Shown here: positions 10,964-21,555 of the stretch, piece by piece | How the letters are laid out: each line of letters begins with the position of its first letter | Numbering within the stretch: the stretch's first letter is position 1 | Source of the DNA: Monocercomonoides exilis PA203 | Taxonomy: Eukaryota; Protista; Preaxostyla | Assembly (NCBI GenBank): GCA_001643675.2 | Contig: LSRY02000015.1 | Span: 62,001 to 126,000, forward strand | Reading direction: 5' to 3' | Length of the DNA stretch: 64,000 bases | Notes under the pieces: model-generated | What the model was told of the DNA's origin: nothing | The model's database searches: none | The model's input: the letters and a program-made list of their open reading frames with translations, nothing else | Made by a program: the position numbers and the translations under genes

Positions 10964-13900
10964 ATGATCAATATTTTATCAACGAAAGAATTTTTGGTTT
11001 TTTGCTTTGTTGCGGCTTTTGAAGCCGCAAATGAGATATATGAAATAAATGAGATATTTATAAACAAGAAGACTTCAACTTCCACACAATTTCAGCAGAT
11101 ATTACCAAGTAATACCTCAAATTCAAACTATTTGTTTCTTTTGGCAAACTCTTCTTTAAAACTTGATAACATTGCTTTCATTGACTTATCGCAACATTCT
11201 ATTTCTGTTCTTGATGGAGAATCTTCGCTTTTTTGTTGCAACACTAAATTTATTTATTCGAAGAAAGTATTAACTTCGTTTGCTTCGTTAGGCAATATTG
11301 CTCTTCATAATATATCGGTAGACATTTCTACTTGTAAAAGAAAATTGCCTTCTTTGGTAAACTTACAGAATGAAGCTTCTTCTGGAGTTAAACTTATAAA
11401 TTCATACATCTCTGATTTTACAGTCGTATCAAACAAATCTTCGTCTTTGCTTTGCAGCGGAATTGGAAGCTATGAAACTGTCTATCGCTGTTGTTTTATG
11501 AACATCACTACCAAGGTGAAAACTGGAAATGAAGCTGCAGCAAAGGAAAATCATTCTTTTGTAATTTCTTCGGCAATAAAATTATCCACATTTATTCATG
11601 TTCGCGATGCATTTTATGGAGGTATTGTTCACGGGCTTTCTTTTACTTCTCCATCGCAAGAATTTGTCTGTGATCTTTGCGAATTTTATGATTGCTCTCA
11701 TTCGACTCCTTCTTTGTCATTGTTTCGCGTTTCTCGTGGAAGACAAAGCATAATAGGTGAAAATGCAAATGTTACTTCAACGATTTTTAATGATTGCACA
11801 GGAACGAATGGTGGAGGCCTCTATTTTGATGGAGAAATTTTAGGATTAAATTATTATCTGAATGTGATAAATTGCACATTTGAAAATTGCTCAGCAAATT
11901 ACGGAGGAGGAATATATATTAATGAAGTTGGAGTTGGAACCTTTAAAAACAATGCTTTTTATGACTGCAAGGCTAATAGTAATTTAGGACATGATTTTTA
12001 TTTGAAAAAATTTGATTTGACAACAGGGGTTAACAATTTAACTTTTTCGTCATGCTTTACGTACAATGATGGAAATAGAGTTTATATTGCTGGAACAAAT
12101 TATACAAAGCTCCTTAAAATGGATGATTATCAGATTGTCGCTACAAATGGTAGCACGACAGTTAATTGCGGGTTAAGCTCTGGCGTAGCTTGCAAATCGG
12201 TAAATACCGCCATTGTTAATCGGAGGCCATATTATTTGAAGAGAATCAAACTTCTTAACGGAACTTATAATGAGATAGATACTTGGACAATTAATGCAGC
12301 AAGAGGGAAAGTGGACGCGTTCGGAGAAAGTCAAACAAAAGTTATTTTTAATTTGAATAGTTACATCGGAACGATGATTTCTATTTCTGGAGCTGTTAAC
12401 ATATCAATTTCCACATTCACAATTAACGTGAATAAAGATTATTGCAGGATAATTAGTGGTAGTTCTTATAATTTCAACCTTTCTGTTTCTGACATTACGA
12501 TTTCAACACCAAGCAGCTGGACAACATACTTATCATATAGTTTATTTTATTTTATTAGCGGAACTCTAACATTCAGTCGGGTTGCAACAAAGAACATTAG
12601 ATTAGCAACCAATTGTTTATTTCAAATGACAAATGGGGTGACGAAAGCAACGTTTTCATTTTGTAATTTCACAAATATAACTGCATCAAAAAATAATTCG
12701 GCAATTTTTGGATCTGGCTATACACCAAAATCTCTTGCTCTTAATAACTGTTCAATATCTTCAATATCAAGCCTTAATGCTACAGGGGTCAACGGTGGTG
12801 CGCTGTGCATAAATACAAGTGAATCTCAAATTAGCTTGTCTAATACCACATTTACAAGTTGCTGCGTCAGTCAAAGCAGTGGAAGAGGAGGAGCATTGTA
12901 CTTTTCAACAAACGGATCACTGTCTAAATTTACGATAAGCAGATGTCAGTTCTCATTAAATCAAGCGCTTTTTGGACGAGACGTTTTTATATTCGTTCCT
13001 TCATTGCCAAATGCCCTTCTTGACTCATATTATTCTGTTGCAGCAACTTCGACGTATGTTCCGAATAGAACAAATGCATGGTTTGGAAGAGACAATGCAA
13101 CATTTCAGGGGGATTTTGATTTGATGCCGTTCATCTTTGGATACACATCATCGATCATTCATGCTTCGAATGCGTCGCGAGGCGATGGAAAGTATTGCGG
13201 GTCAACAGTCGCCCATTGCAAGTCGATCACGCAGGCTGTTCAACGCTTTAATGGATCATCCAGAACAATCAAAGCGAACGGTTCAGTAGAAGTGTCTATG
13301 TCAGGAACTGATGTGTCAAATGTTGTTGTTGAAAGAAATGAATCAACAATAAACGCTACAGTTACGATTGACAGAATTGCAGGAACCGCGAATTCTGCAC
13401 TTATATCATCAGGTGCCTTTCAATCTCGAAACATTGTTTATTCAATTGGCTCAGTTCCTCAAGGAAGTTCAGTTCAGAGTTTGCTAAGTGGAACAAATGG
13501 TATCCAAACATTTTCAAATTGTATTTTTGTTGGAAGTGCTTCGAATACCATTACAATTGCGCTTGTTTCAATAAGCGGAGGCAGCCTTGTTCTTGAAAGC
13601 TCATCATTTAATGCTTCCAGTGAATTGAGTTGCTCTTGTTCATTGTTCTCCCTTCAAAATGGGATTTTCAAATTTTCTGATAGCCGATTTGCTAACTTAA
13701 AGTTCACCTCTTCCAATGCAGGTCTTATTTCACAATTAGGGAGTGGATCATCTTCGCAGCAAATTGAATTGTCCAATTGTGGATTTGAACGAATTTCGTC
13801 AACCAAAGAGACAAGTTCCTGTGTTGTTATATCTTCTTCGACTTGCGTCGGCTCCTTCAATGCTTCATCATGCAATTTTTCTTCGTCGTCTTGCCCAGCG

Positions 13901-16900
13901 TCAATCAATGGAGGAGCCATTTCCTTTGCAGTTGGGGCGAGTAAAAAATTTGAAATTAGCCAATGCAAAATATCATCTAATACTGCCAGTGAGTCGGCTG
14001 GAAAAGGAGGAGGTGTTTTTTTGCTGATGAAAGATGTTAGCAGCGATTATAAAATTACTAGATGCAGTTTTGAGTCTAACAAAGCGAAATATGGCCGAGA
14101 CATATACATTCAAGCACCAAATCTTAATTCTTGTGTGACATTTGAAAAATTTGGGAATCTTCTAACTCCAACAGCTGATGTTGAAAACATGATGTATGGA
14201 TGCAATACTTCTTCTGTTGATCAGCATGTAGATCTAATTTTTATGATGACTGTTCATCTGGCGATTGTCAATGTGAAGAATGCTGACTCTGAACATGGGG
14301 AAGACTGGTTCAGATGTGGGAATGAAAGCGAGCCTTGCTTAACATTTGAATATGGAATGGATAAGATTCTTGATACATCTTCTGATAACAAAGGAATATC
14401 TATCGTTTCGAAAGCTGCTATAAACAAGCCAATCGATTTATCTTCGATGACTATTTTGTCATCTTCAAGTTCGATTCCTTCAATACTTTCATTTAACTTC
14501 GCAAGCACAACTTTTGATGCAGCAATAATAAACCACGACATTCTCACATTTAACAAAATCAAACTGTATTTGCCATCTGTTAGAAACGTGCTGAAAGCAC
14601 TAATTTCAACAGAAAGCTCGCTTATCGTTAACGATTCGAATTTTGATAGCGAGCAGCTGAATTCTTCTGTTTATTTGAATACCATTGAAGTGAAAGGCGG
14701 AACGGTGCTTCTTAATAATTGTTCAATTGGAGAGCGCAGTTTCTGTTTGGAAAGTTCATTCATCAAATACGCAGGCTCATCTACAATTACTCTTAATCAC
14801 ACTTCCATTAGCACAATTACATTTTCAACAACTTTCTTCTCAGAGACAACAGGAGAACACAGCACTTTGTCACTGATGAATGCTTCATTCAGCAGATGCT
14901 CTGCTTCTCCGCAAACAACGATGAGTCCAATCATTTCTACGCAACTCGAAGGAACTGTGAACTTTGATGAATGCAATTTCAGCAATGTTGGCAATTCAGA
15001 ATGCAAAGAAGGTGGAGTTATTAATGTATGGCTGAAAGACACAGGAAAAATTAGTATTTCTGGCTGCCAAGTTGGAGAGTGTTTCTGTAACGAGGCAACA
15101 GGGAAAGGAGGTTTCCTCTATTTGAGCAAGCAACAAAGCGAAGGTCAGTATGACTTAAGCGTTGAGTCAAAATACTCAAACAATAAAGCCCACATTGGAA
15201 AAAATCTCTTCTTTAATTTTGATTCGTTGAACGAGTCTGTGTCTGCTGATAAGCTGTTCTTACCAGTCAACGATCCAGCTGTCGAAGGAGGAAAAGCATA
15301 TATCGGCAAAGACACAATTTTTAATTCTGTGAATTTGATTGTGTTTTTGGTTCAGTTTGTTTCAGATAAAGTTCACGTGTCAAACGCAGGTTATGATGTC
15401 CTACGATGCGGCTCGGGAGACTTTCCTTGTCATTCAATTTGGAAAAGCATGAAAAATGTGAAGAGCGATAGCACCAGCAAGGAGATAATTTTTGACACGT
15501 TGGTTGAAGTCGAATCGTACTACGAATTTCAGAATTTGACACTTTCAGCTGCTTCGCCTTCACAAGACACAGGAATGATCATCTGCTCAGATCTGCTTTC
15601 CAGCGACAAAGACACAGCGATTGGCATTGTAGGGAATACCAATTTTGTTAACATTACATTTTCATTGCCATCTGAATTTGTTGGGCGTCAATCGTCAGTA
15701 ATCAAATGTGCTGCTTCTGAAGGAGTGTTACAGCTTTCTTCGTGCAATTTTGCTAAGCAAAGCAATTTCCTTTCTTCGATTGGCTATTCTCTTGTATCTG
15801 CCACCAATGGAAAATTGTTGTTTCATGGCTGCACTGTTGAAAGCTTGCTATTTTCAGCATCGCCTATCGAGATATTGCAATCGGTCACTACAACCTTTGA
15901 ACAAGTCCAATTTTTGTCAGTTACGCTTCAAACAGCATCGCTTTTGACTGCCGCTGAAGTCAGTGCTCAATCAGAACAGTCCAACAATGCTGCAACTTCT
16001 GAATTTATCTTTAGGAACTGCTCATTTGATAGAATTGTTGCGAAAGAAGGTACTTCCAAATCTGTTATCATTACAGATCCACTATCTTCTTCTCTTTCGT
16101 TTATAAATTGCTCAATCACAAGTTTGACTGCATTAGAAAGCAATGAAGGCGGAGGAATGAAAATAAAGTTCAAGGCAGGCGGATCACTTAGTGTCAAAGG
16201 AGATGCGGTCAGCGGAACAAGTATAGTATCTTCGTGCAGTTGTTCGCCTGCGTCTGGAAAAGGAGGATTTTGCTTTATAGACTCTATTGGTGCTGATGCT
16301 GACTTTGTTTTTGAGAAGATAAAATTTTCGGATAATGTTGCTTCAATGGGGAAGAATGTCTTTTTCTCATGTGCTGATCTTAGCTCTTCTGTAAAGCTTG
16401 AGCAATTTTTGATAAATCTCGATGAATGGATAACAGACACAAATGCCTTTTCTGGAATGGATACAGCTTATTTTACAACAAAGTCAGTTGATCTTCTTGC
16501 TTTTATTGTAGAATATAATTCAGAAAAAATAGTTGTGTCGTCAAGTTTCGGAGCAGATGTGAAGGGGTGCGGAAAGGAAACTCTTCCTTGCTCTTCATTT
16601 TCAACTGGATTGCATCATATAATAAATACAACAGAGCCTGACCAGCCAGTCACACAGCTTCTGATTGAGAATTCAGCAAATGTTGACAGCTGTTTTGATG
16701 TGTCAGAGCGCGAAATTGGATCGTTGCAAAATTCACCTGCAGAGCTTTCCATTGCAGCATCGTTAACTCCGTTATCTTCGTCCGTTGGATCGGAAGATTG
16801 TGTTTTATTTAACAGCAAGACACTAAAGCTGACATTGCTGACATTCACCATCCCAACTGAATTCACAACTTCTCAAACAGTTCTTATTTTGTCGTCAAGC

Positions 16901-19900
16901 GGAAACCTGTTCATGAAAGACTGCTCCATGATGCTAAACCAAGATACAAATAATGCAATTTCTTATTGCCTTATTGAAGTTCGTTCAGGAGCGTTTGAAA
17001 TTAAAGATTTTTCTTTGAAAGAATTAAAATTTGATTTCAAACCAATGCAATTCGGCGCAACAGATATTGACGGAAAAATGGATAATTGCCTGTTTGAAGG
17101 ACTGACTTTAGAATATCCATTATTTTCGATACCAGAAACTCATGCTTCCTTTTCTGGGAGAGAGCGTAGCGCTCACTCATCTTTCTCTGCACTGCCAAAT
17201 GGCGATTGCATTCTGGAGCTCATTTCGTGTCGCATGAATGAAATAACAAAAGAGAATGGAGGAAGCTGCCTTTTGAGCTGTGAAGCAATCAACAATATCA
17301 AATACAAAATGAATGGATGCATTTTGAACGGTTGCGAAAGCAAAACTTGTACAAGAGGAGGAAGCATGCTCTTTACGTTGGGGCCTGGAAACAGCGACAC
17401 AATTATGTTTGATATCAATGGAACATCACTGGGGAAGTGCATAGCATCGACAGCAAGTGGAAAAGGCGGAGGAGTCTATTTGGATTGTGGAAGCATTCCC
17501 GCTTCAGGCAGAAATGAACATTTATCGAATGACAATCCACTCGGATTCCGATTTAAGAATGCGCGCTTCAGCTTCAACAATGCGAGTTCAGGGCGGGACG
17601 TGTTTATTTTGTGTGTGAACATCGAGTCGCAATTGACTTCAGACCAGTTTTTAATTGATTTTGATGAGTCTGTGTTTGATTCAAGGAATGCGATATTTGG
17701 AAGGGAAAAAAGCATGGCTGCTTCTGAAAGAGATCGCGACTTGATCGATGAGATTCGATTCTTCAGAGGGGAGCAAGTGCTCGTTTCGTCAAATGGAGAA
17801 AACGGAAAGAGATGCGGAAACTTTACAGGCCCATGCAAAACGTTAGATGTTGTAGTGCAACATGTTTCAGAAGGCAGACGCAGGACGATCTTTGTTGATG
17901 CGCAGGCAAGCATGGAAGGAGAGGCAGATTTGGTTGGAATAAGTTTGGTGCCTCTGGATGAGTCGTGCGCAATTTTGATGAACAGCACGATTGCGAAAAG
18001 TTCTGAAAGGGAATATGCGATTTCCTCAAAAGAGAACGTGCAGATTGACAATGTTGCTTTTAACTTTGGTGGAGCCTTAAAAATTATTCACTCGTCTTTG
18101 ATTGGAATATTGAACGGCAAACTTAGCATAAGTGCGTGCAACTTGGTTAGCAGTGAAGTCGGGGCACAATTTGATGGAAGTCTGATTGCAGTTATTGGAG
18201 GAACACTGAAAATTACAGAATCCACATTTAGCGAGTTTTCAGTTGTTAATCATATTATCAGCTGTGAGAGCCATTCATCTACAAATTTGGATAGAGTGAA
18301 ATTTGAAGGATTAAGTGGAAAATGCTTTATTTCATGCTCAGGAATCACCTTTTCTGCTTCTCAATGGATCGTTAGTTCAGCGAAAGCCAAAGAAGCAATT
18401 ATTTCATGTTCAGGAAATTCAACGATTGCTTTGCTTCAATCCGTGTTTAAGAAAATTGAAGTCCAAGAAGGAAGTGCAATACATATTGAGGATGGAGAGA
18501 CACCGATAACAGATAACAGCGAAACAGAGATCGAAAAAGCATTTTCAGCCTCACTTTGCGCCTTCACAAATGTTAGCTGCGGTGGAAGCGAAGGAAGAGT
18601 AATATCCAGTCTGACAGAAAAGTCTGTTCAGTTTATCAACAACACACTCAGTCTTTGCTCTTGCCTGGCTGCAAAAGGGAAACAGTTACGTGCGCTCAAT
18701 TGCAAAAGCATAGAGATTGATGCATGTGTATTTGATGGATGGGAAGAGTCTATCGTTGAAGCGAAAAATGACGGAGAAATCGATGAAATATGCAAATGGA
18801 ATGGATCGCTCGTTGACGTGACAAACTGCCAAGCAACGATAAAAGAGACTTCTATTGCCAATTCTTCTGTTGGAGGAATTACTCTTTTTTACGGTAATTT
18901 AACAATTGAAAAAGGAGAATTTTTGAACAACAACAAATCAATTTCTGCTTATAAATCTGCCCGCCGGAACATTATTTGCTCTGAAGATGGAACTCTGAAT
19001 ATTGTTAGTCTGAAAGGAGGCGATGGATTGAAAGACAACTCTTCTCTTTGGATCTTGCAAGACAAATGCTCATTGGAAGGTATCGCTGCTGAAAGATCAT
19101 CTCCATTTTTCATTCCAATTTTAGAATCCGTCAAAGTTGATGATTTAGGCGCAGAAACAAAGCTTACTCTGAATGGCATTCTTTTAATGCCCTGCAATCT
19201 CTTCGTAAGACTTATTTATAAGACCAACGAAGAATATGTATATGAAAAGCGTGAGATCGATAGCAATGGATGGATATCTGAAAACGAGGCAATATCGACA
19301 ATTAAATCAACAGATATTTCTTCAGCAGCAAAACAAACAGAATTATCCGTAGCGCTTTTATTTGGAAATCTCGATATGCCTTCTTCAACTTCGTCAAAGG
19401 TGATAAAGAACATTACAAAAGAGGAAGAAAATGTTAGGATTGTTGAAGAAGCCAGCAAATCCGCACCTTCTTTGGCACTAGTAGCATTAATTGTCGTTGG
19501 GTTTTTATTTTTCATTGCATCTTTGTGCATAATTGTTGTTGTCATTCGATGGAGAAAGGAAAAGCACCACTCAAACCAATTAGAAGGAATTGTGAGCAAT
19601 ACAATGAAGAAAGATCCAAAAGAAATTGAAATGGTGGCATATGAGTTTGGAACGGGGGATGAGCCGAGCAGAAGAAGCGAAGGGGAATCTGGGTTTGGAA
19701 AGCAGCGGAATCAGGCAAAGAAACTAGCAACATCTGAGTCTCAGCAAAGTTTACTGGTGGACGTTGGTTCCACACAAGAAATTCTGCTTGATCACTCAGA
19801 TGAAATTCCTGATTGGGCACTGGAGAAAGTGGAAGGAGAGAGCGATGATGGAGAAGACTTCATCAAGGCAGGAAACGATTCGAGCTGCAGAGCCACACTT

Positions 19901-20953
19901 TCAGCTGAACTGAAAGACGAATCGAGCGTTACAACGTTGATGAGCATTGAGCAAATGGCTCCAACAACTTCGTCCATGTCAAACCTTGTGGATGGAATGG
20001 CGTGCGAATCGCTTCACGAAAAGATGATTGTGGATTTGAGGGATTCGCTGTTCATGCTGCTTCATGGAAGGAATGAGAAGAAGGAGATGGCGATAGGCAC
20101 GATGGAGCAGAGAGAAGTGACAGCTGCGCAGGTCCTGTTTTGGGTGGCGAATGGTGCACTGCATTCCTTCGAGCAGGATCGCGGGTTGTCTCCATGCTTG
20201 GATTCTCTTTCTCCGCATATCGTACTGTTTTCAGAACACATGATAGTTGTGATTGCGCTTAACTCTGGCTTTTCGTCAGAAGATAGCGACGATTCGTCTT
20301 CTGTCGACTCTTCATCCGCAGACAGCTCAAGTTCCATCTCTGATTATGAAGGAAATAAACGATCTGGAAAACGGAAGAAAAATACAAAAGCGAAGTCCAG
20401 TGCCTTTGAAGATGAGACAATCGACAACGAAAGCCTACGCTGGAAGGCACCGGAGCTTCAATGGAATATGAAGGGAGGAGCAACAAATAAGAGCGTGTCA
20501 TTCACTATTGGTATGATGCTGTGGGAGTGTCTGACGCTTCAGATCCCCTTTGCCAAGTACGATGCCGAAACAGCAGGAGCAAAGATAAAGAATGGTGAAA
20601 GAGTGGACTATAGTTTGCTTTCTTCATCTTCATTCGACGACTTGGTGAAGTCTTGCCTCTCGTCAAGCACTGAAGAACGGCTTTCACTTGCAAGCCTGAA
20701 GCGCGAATTTATTCAACACTTCCCTCCAGGTGCTGTTCAGCTCACTATTTCTGATGCAATTGATATCGACGAAGTGTCGGAATATGATAGAGATGGTGAG
20801 TTAGTTACAAGAACAGGCAGCACACGAAGTGAAAGTGATGAAAGCTCACAAGGATACACAGCTAAGACACCCGACGCTTCAACAACAACAACTGTTTCTG
20901 GCATAGAACTGGTTCCTTATGAACAGTCGGAGAATTCTAGTTCGATCAAATAA
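10964..20953 (+). CDS. Giant (~3330 aa) single-pass membrane protein: repeated beta-helix-type ectodomain, TM helix, degenerate TKL/tyrosine-kinase-like tail
   Basis: Uninterrupted 10-kb ORF; first ATG at 10964 gives a moderately hydrophobic N-terminus (MINILSTKEFLVFCFVAAFEAA). Recurrent GGA(L/I), G(K/R)GG and FxxNxAxxG(R/K)(D/N)(V/I)F motifs and six CG-x4/5-C caps. TM ALVALIVVGFLFFIASLCIIVVVI followed by RWRKEK (~19472-19560). Kinase C-lobe motifs WKAPE, SFTIGMMLWECLTLQIPF and CLS...ER. Confidence 0.9.
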   Translation: MINILSTKEFLVFCFVAAFEAANEIYEINEIFINKKTSTSTQFQQILPSNTSNSNYLFLLANSSLKLDNIAFIDLSQHSISVLDGESSLFCCNTKFIYSKKVLTSFASLGNIALHNISVDISTCKRKLPSLVNLQNEASSGVKLINSYISDFTVVSNKSSSLLCSGIGSYETVYRCCFMNITTKVKTGNEAAAKENHSFVISSAIKLSTFIHVRDAFYGGIVHGLSFTSPSQEFVCDLCEFYDCSHSTPSLSLFRVSRGRQSIIGENANVTSTIFNDCTGTNGGGLYFDGEILGLNYYLNVINCTFENCSANYGGGIYINEVGVGTFKNNAFYDCKANSNLGHDFYLKKFDLTTGVNNLTFSSCFTYNDGNRVYIAGTNYTKLLKMDDYQIVATNGSTTVNCGLSSGVACKSVNTAIVNRRPYYLKRIKLLNGTYNEIDTWTINAARGKVDAFGESQTKVIFNLNSYIGTMISISGAVNISISTFTINVNKDYCRIISGSSYNFNLSVSDITISTPSSWTTYLSYSLFYFISGTLTFSRVATKNIRLATNCLFQMTNGVTKATFSFCNFTNITASKNNSAIFGSGYTPKSLALNNCSISSISSLNATGVNGGALCINTSESQISLSNTTFTSCCVSQSSGRGGALYFSTNGSLSKFTISRCQFSLNQALFGRDVFIFVPSLPNALLDSYYSVAATSTYVPNRTNAWFGRDNATFQGDFDLMPFIFGYTSSIIHASNASRGDGKYCGSTVAHCKSITQAVQRFNGSSRTIKANGSVEVSMSGTDVSNVVVERNESTINATVTIDRIAGTANSALISSGAFQSRNIVYSIGSVPQGSSVQSLLSGTNGIQTFSNCIFVGSASNTITIALVSISGGSLVLESSSFNASSELSCSCSLFSLQNGIFKFSDSRFANLKFTSSNAGLISQLGSGSSSQQIELSNCGFERISSTKETSSCVVISSSTCVGSFNASSCNFSSSSCPASINGGAISFAVGASKKFEISQCKISSNTASESAGKGGGVFLLMKDVSSDYKITRCSFESNKAKYGRDIYIQAPNLNSCVTFEKFGNLLTPTADVENMMYGCNTSSVDQHVDLIFMMTVHLAIVNVKNADSEHGEDWFRCGNESEPCLTFEYGMDKILDTSSDNKGISIVSKAAINKPIDLSSMTILSSSSSIPSILSFNFASTTFDAAIINHDILTFNKIKLYLPSVRNVLKALISTESSLIVNDSNFDSEQLNSSVYLNTIEVKGGTVLLNNCSIGERSFCLESSFIKYAGSSTITLNHTSISTITFSTTFFSETTGEHSTLSLMNASFSRCSASPQTTMSPIISTQLEGTVNFDECNFSNVGNSECKEGGVINVWLKDTGKISISGCQVGECFCNEATGKGGFLYLSKQQSEGQYDLSVESKYSNNKAHIGKNLFFNFDSLNESVSADKLFLPVNDPAVEGGKAYIGKDTIFNSVNLIVFLVQFVSDKVHVSNAGYDVLRCGSGDFPCHSIWKSMKNVKSDSTSKEIIFDTLVEVESYYEFQNLTLSAASPSQDTGMIICSDLLSSDKDTAIGIVGNTNFVNITFSLPSEFVGRQSSVIKCAASEGVLQLSSCNFAKQSNFLSSIGYSLVSATNGKLLFHGCTVESLLFSASPIEILQSVTTTFEQVQFLSVTLQTASLLTAAEVSAQSEQSNNAATSEFIFRNCSFDRIVAKEGTSKSVIITDPLSSSLSFINCSITSLTALESNEGGGMKIKFKAGGSLSVKGDAVSGTSIVSSCSCSPASGKGGFCFIDSIGADADFVFEKIKFSDNVASMGKNVFFSCADLSSSVKLEQFLINLDEWITDTNAFSGMDTAYFTTKSVDLLAFIVEYNSEKIVVSSSFGADVKGCGKETLPCSSFSTGLHHIINTTEPDQPVTQLLIENSANVDSCFDVSEREIGSLQNSPAELSIAASLTPLSSSVGSEDCVLFNSKTLKLTLLTFTIPTEFTTSQTVLILSSSGNLFMKDCSMMLNQDTNNAISYCLIEVRSGAFEIKDFSLKELKFDFKPMQFGATDIDGKMDNCLFEGLTLEYPLFSIPETHASFSGRERSAHSSFSALPNGDCILELISCRMNEITKENGGSCLLSCEAINNIKYKMNGCILNGCESKTCTRGGSMLFTLGPGNSDTIMFDINGTSLGKCIASTASGKGGGVYLDCGSIPASGRNEHLSNDNPLGFRFKNARFSFNNASSGRDVFILCVNIESQLTSDQFLIDFDESVFDSRNAIFGREKSMAASERDRDLIDEIRFFRGEQVLVSSNGENGKRCGNFTGPCKTLDVVVQHVSEGRRRTIFVDAQASMEGEADLVGISLVPLDESCAILMNSTIAKSSEREYAISSKENVQIDNVAFNFGGALKIIHSSLIGILNGKLSISACNLVSSEVGAQFDGSLIAVIGGTLKITESTFSEFSVVNHIISCESHSSTNLDRVKFEGLSGKCFISCSGITFSASQWIVSSAKAKEAIISCSGNSTIALLQSVFKKIEVQEGSAIHIEDGETPITDNSETEIEKAFSASLCAFTNVSCGGSEGRVISSLTEKSVQFINNTLSLCSCLAAKGKQLRALNCKSIEIDACVFDGWEESIVEAKNDGEIDEICKWNGSLVDVTNCQATIKETSIANSSVGGITLFYGNLTIEKGEFLNNNKSISAYKSARRNIICSEDGTLNIVSLKGGDGLKDNSSLWILQDKCSLEGIAAERSSPFFIPILESVKVDDLGAETKLTLNGILLMPCNLFVRLIYKTNEEYVYEKREIDSNGWISENEAISTIKSTDISSAAKQTELSVALLFGNLDMPSSTSSKVIKNITKEEENVRIVEEASKSAPSLALVALIVVGFLFFIASLCIIVVVIRWRKEKHHSNQLEGIVSNTMKKDPKEIEMVAYEFGTGDEPSRRSEGESGFGKQRNQAKKLATSESQQSLLVDVGSTQEILLDHSDEIPDWALEKVEGESDDGEDFIKAGNDSSCRATLSAELKDESSVTTLMSIEQMAPTTSSMSNLVDGMACESLHEKMIVDLRDSLFMLLHGRNEKKEMAIGTMEQREVTAAQVLFWVANGALHSFEQDRGLSPCLDSLSPHIVLFSEHMIVVIALNSGFSSEDSDDSSSVDSSSADSSSSISDYEGNKRSGKRKKNTKAKSSAFEDETIDNESLRWKAPELQWNMKGGATNKSVSFTIGMMLWECLTLQIPFAKYDAETAGAKIKNGERVDYSLLSSSSFDDLVKSCLSSSTEERLSLASLKREFIQHFPPGAVQLTISDAIDIDEVSEYDRDGELVTRTGSTRSESDESSQGYTAKTPDASTTTTVSGIELVPYEQSENSSSIK

Positions 20954-21555
20954 AGAATTTCAGAATTCGAGTCTTACACTTCATTTGTTCTATATCATTA
21001 TTTTTTTATTTTTTTGTGAAATGTATTTTTATTTATGTATGCATGAAGTAATTTTTACTTTATAATTGATTGATTTTCATTAAGATGAAAAAGGCGTGAC
21101 AAATATTATAAAAAATATTTTATTTTGTTGTTTTATGTACATGTATTTTATACATGTTTATTTTTTATTTGTCACAACTCATTTTATAACGTGAGTGCTG
21201 TCTTTTTCAATTCTTGAAGCGTTTGTTTTAACAAAATTTTTTACAAATTTTTACAAATATTTGATTATCTTAAAAATTATCATTCGAATTTAATTGAATG
21301 TGAAATTATCACACAATGATTTTATCTTTTTGGAGAGAAAATGTTAGTAATAAGCTGAGATAAGAATATGCTCACTTCACCTTACAATCCAAAAATGCCT
21401 TTAACAATTTTGTTTTGAATTATATATTGTTGCAATGCATAAATAACATGAAAATAAAAACAGGTTTTTGTGTATTAAAGTTTTTAAAGTGTATAGAAAA
21501 AAAATAAAAATCAAAAATATATATAAATATATATATGTTTTATATGATTAAAATG

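Noticed and set aside
13654-20693. Minus-strand and alternative-frame ORFs inside the 3345-aa gene
   Set aside because: Shadow ORFs with no independent motifs.
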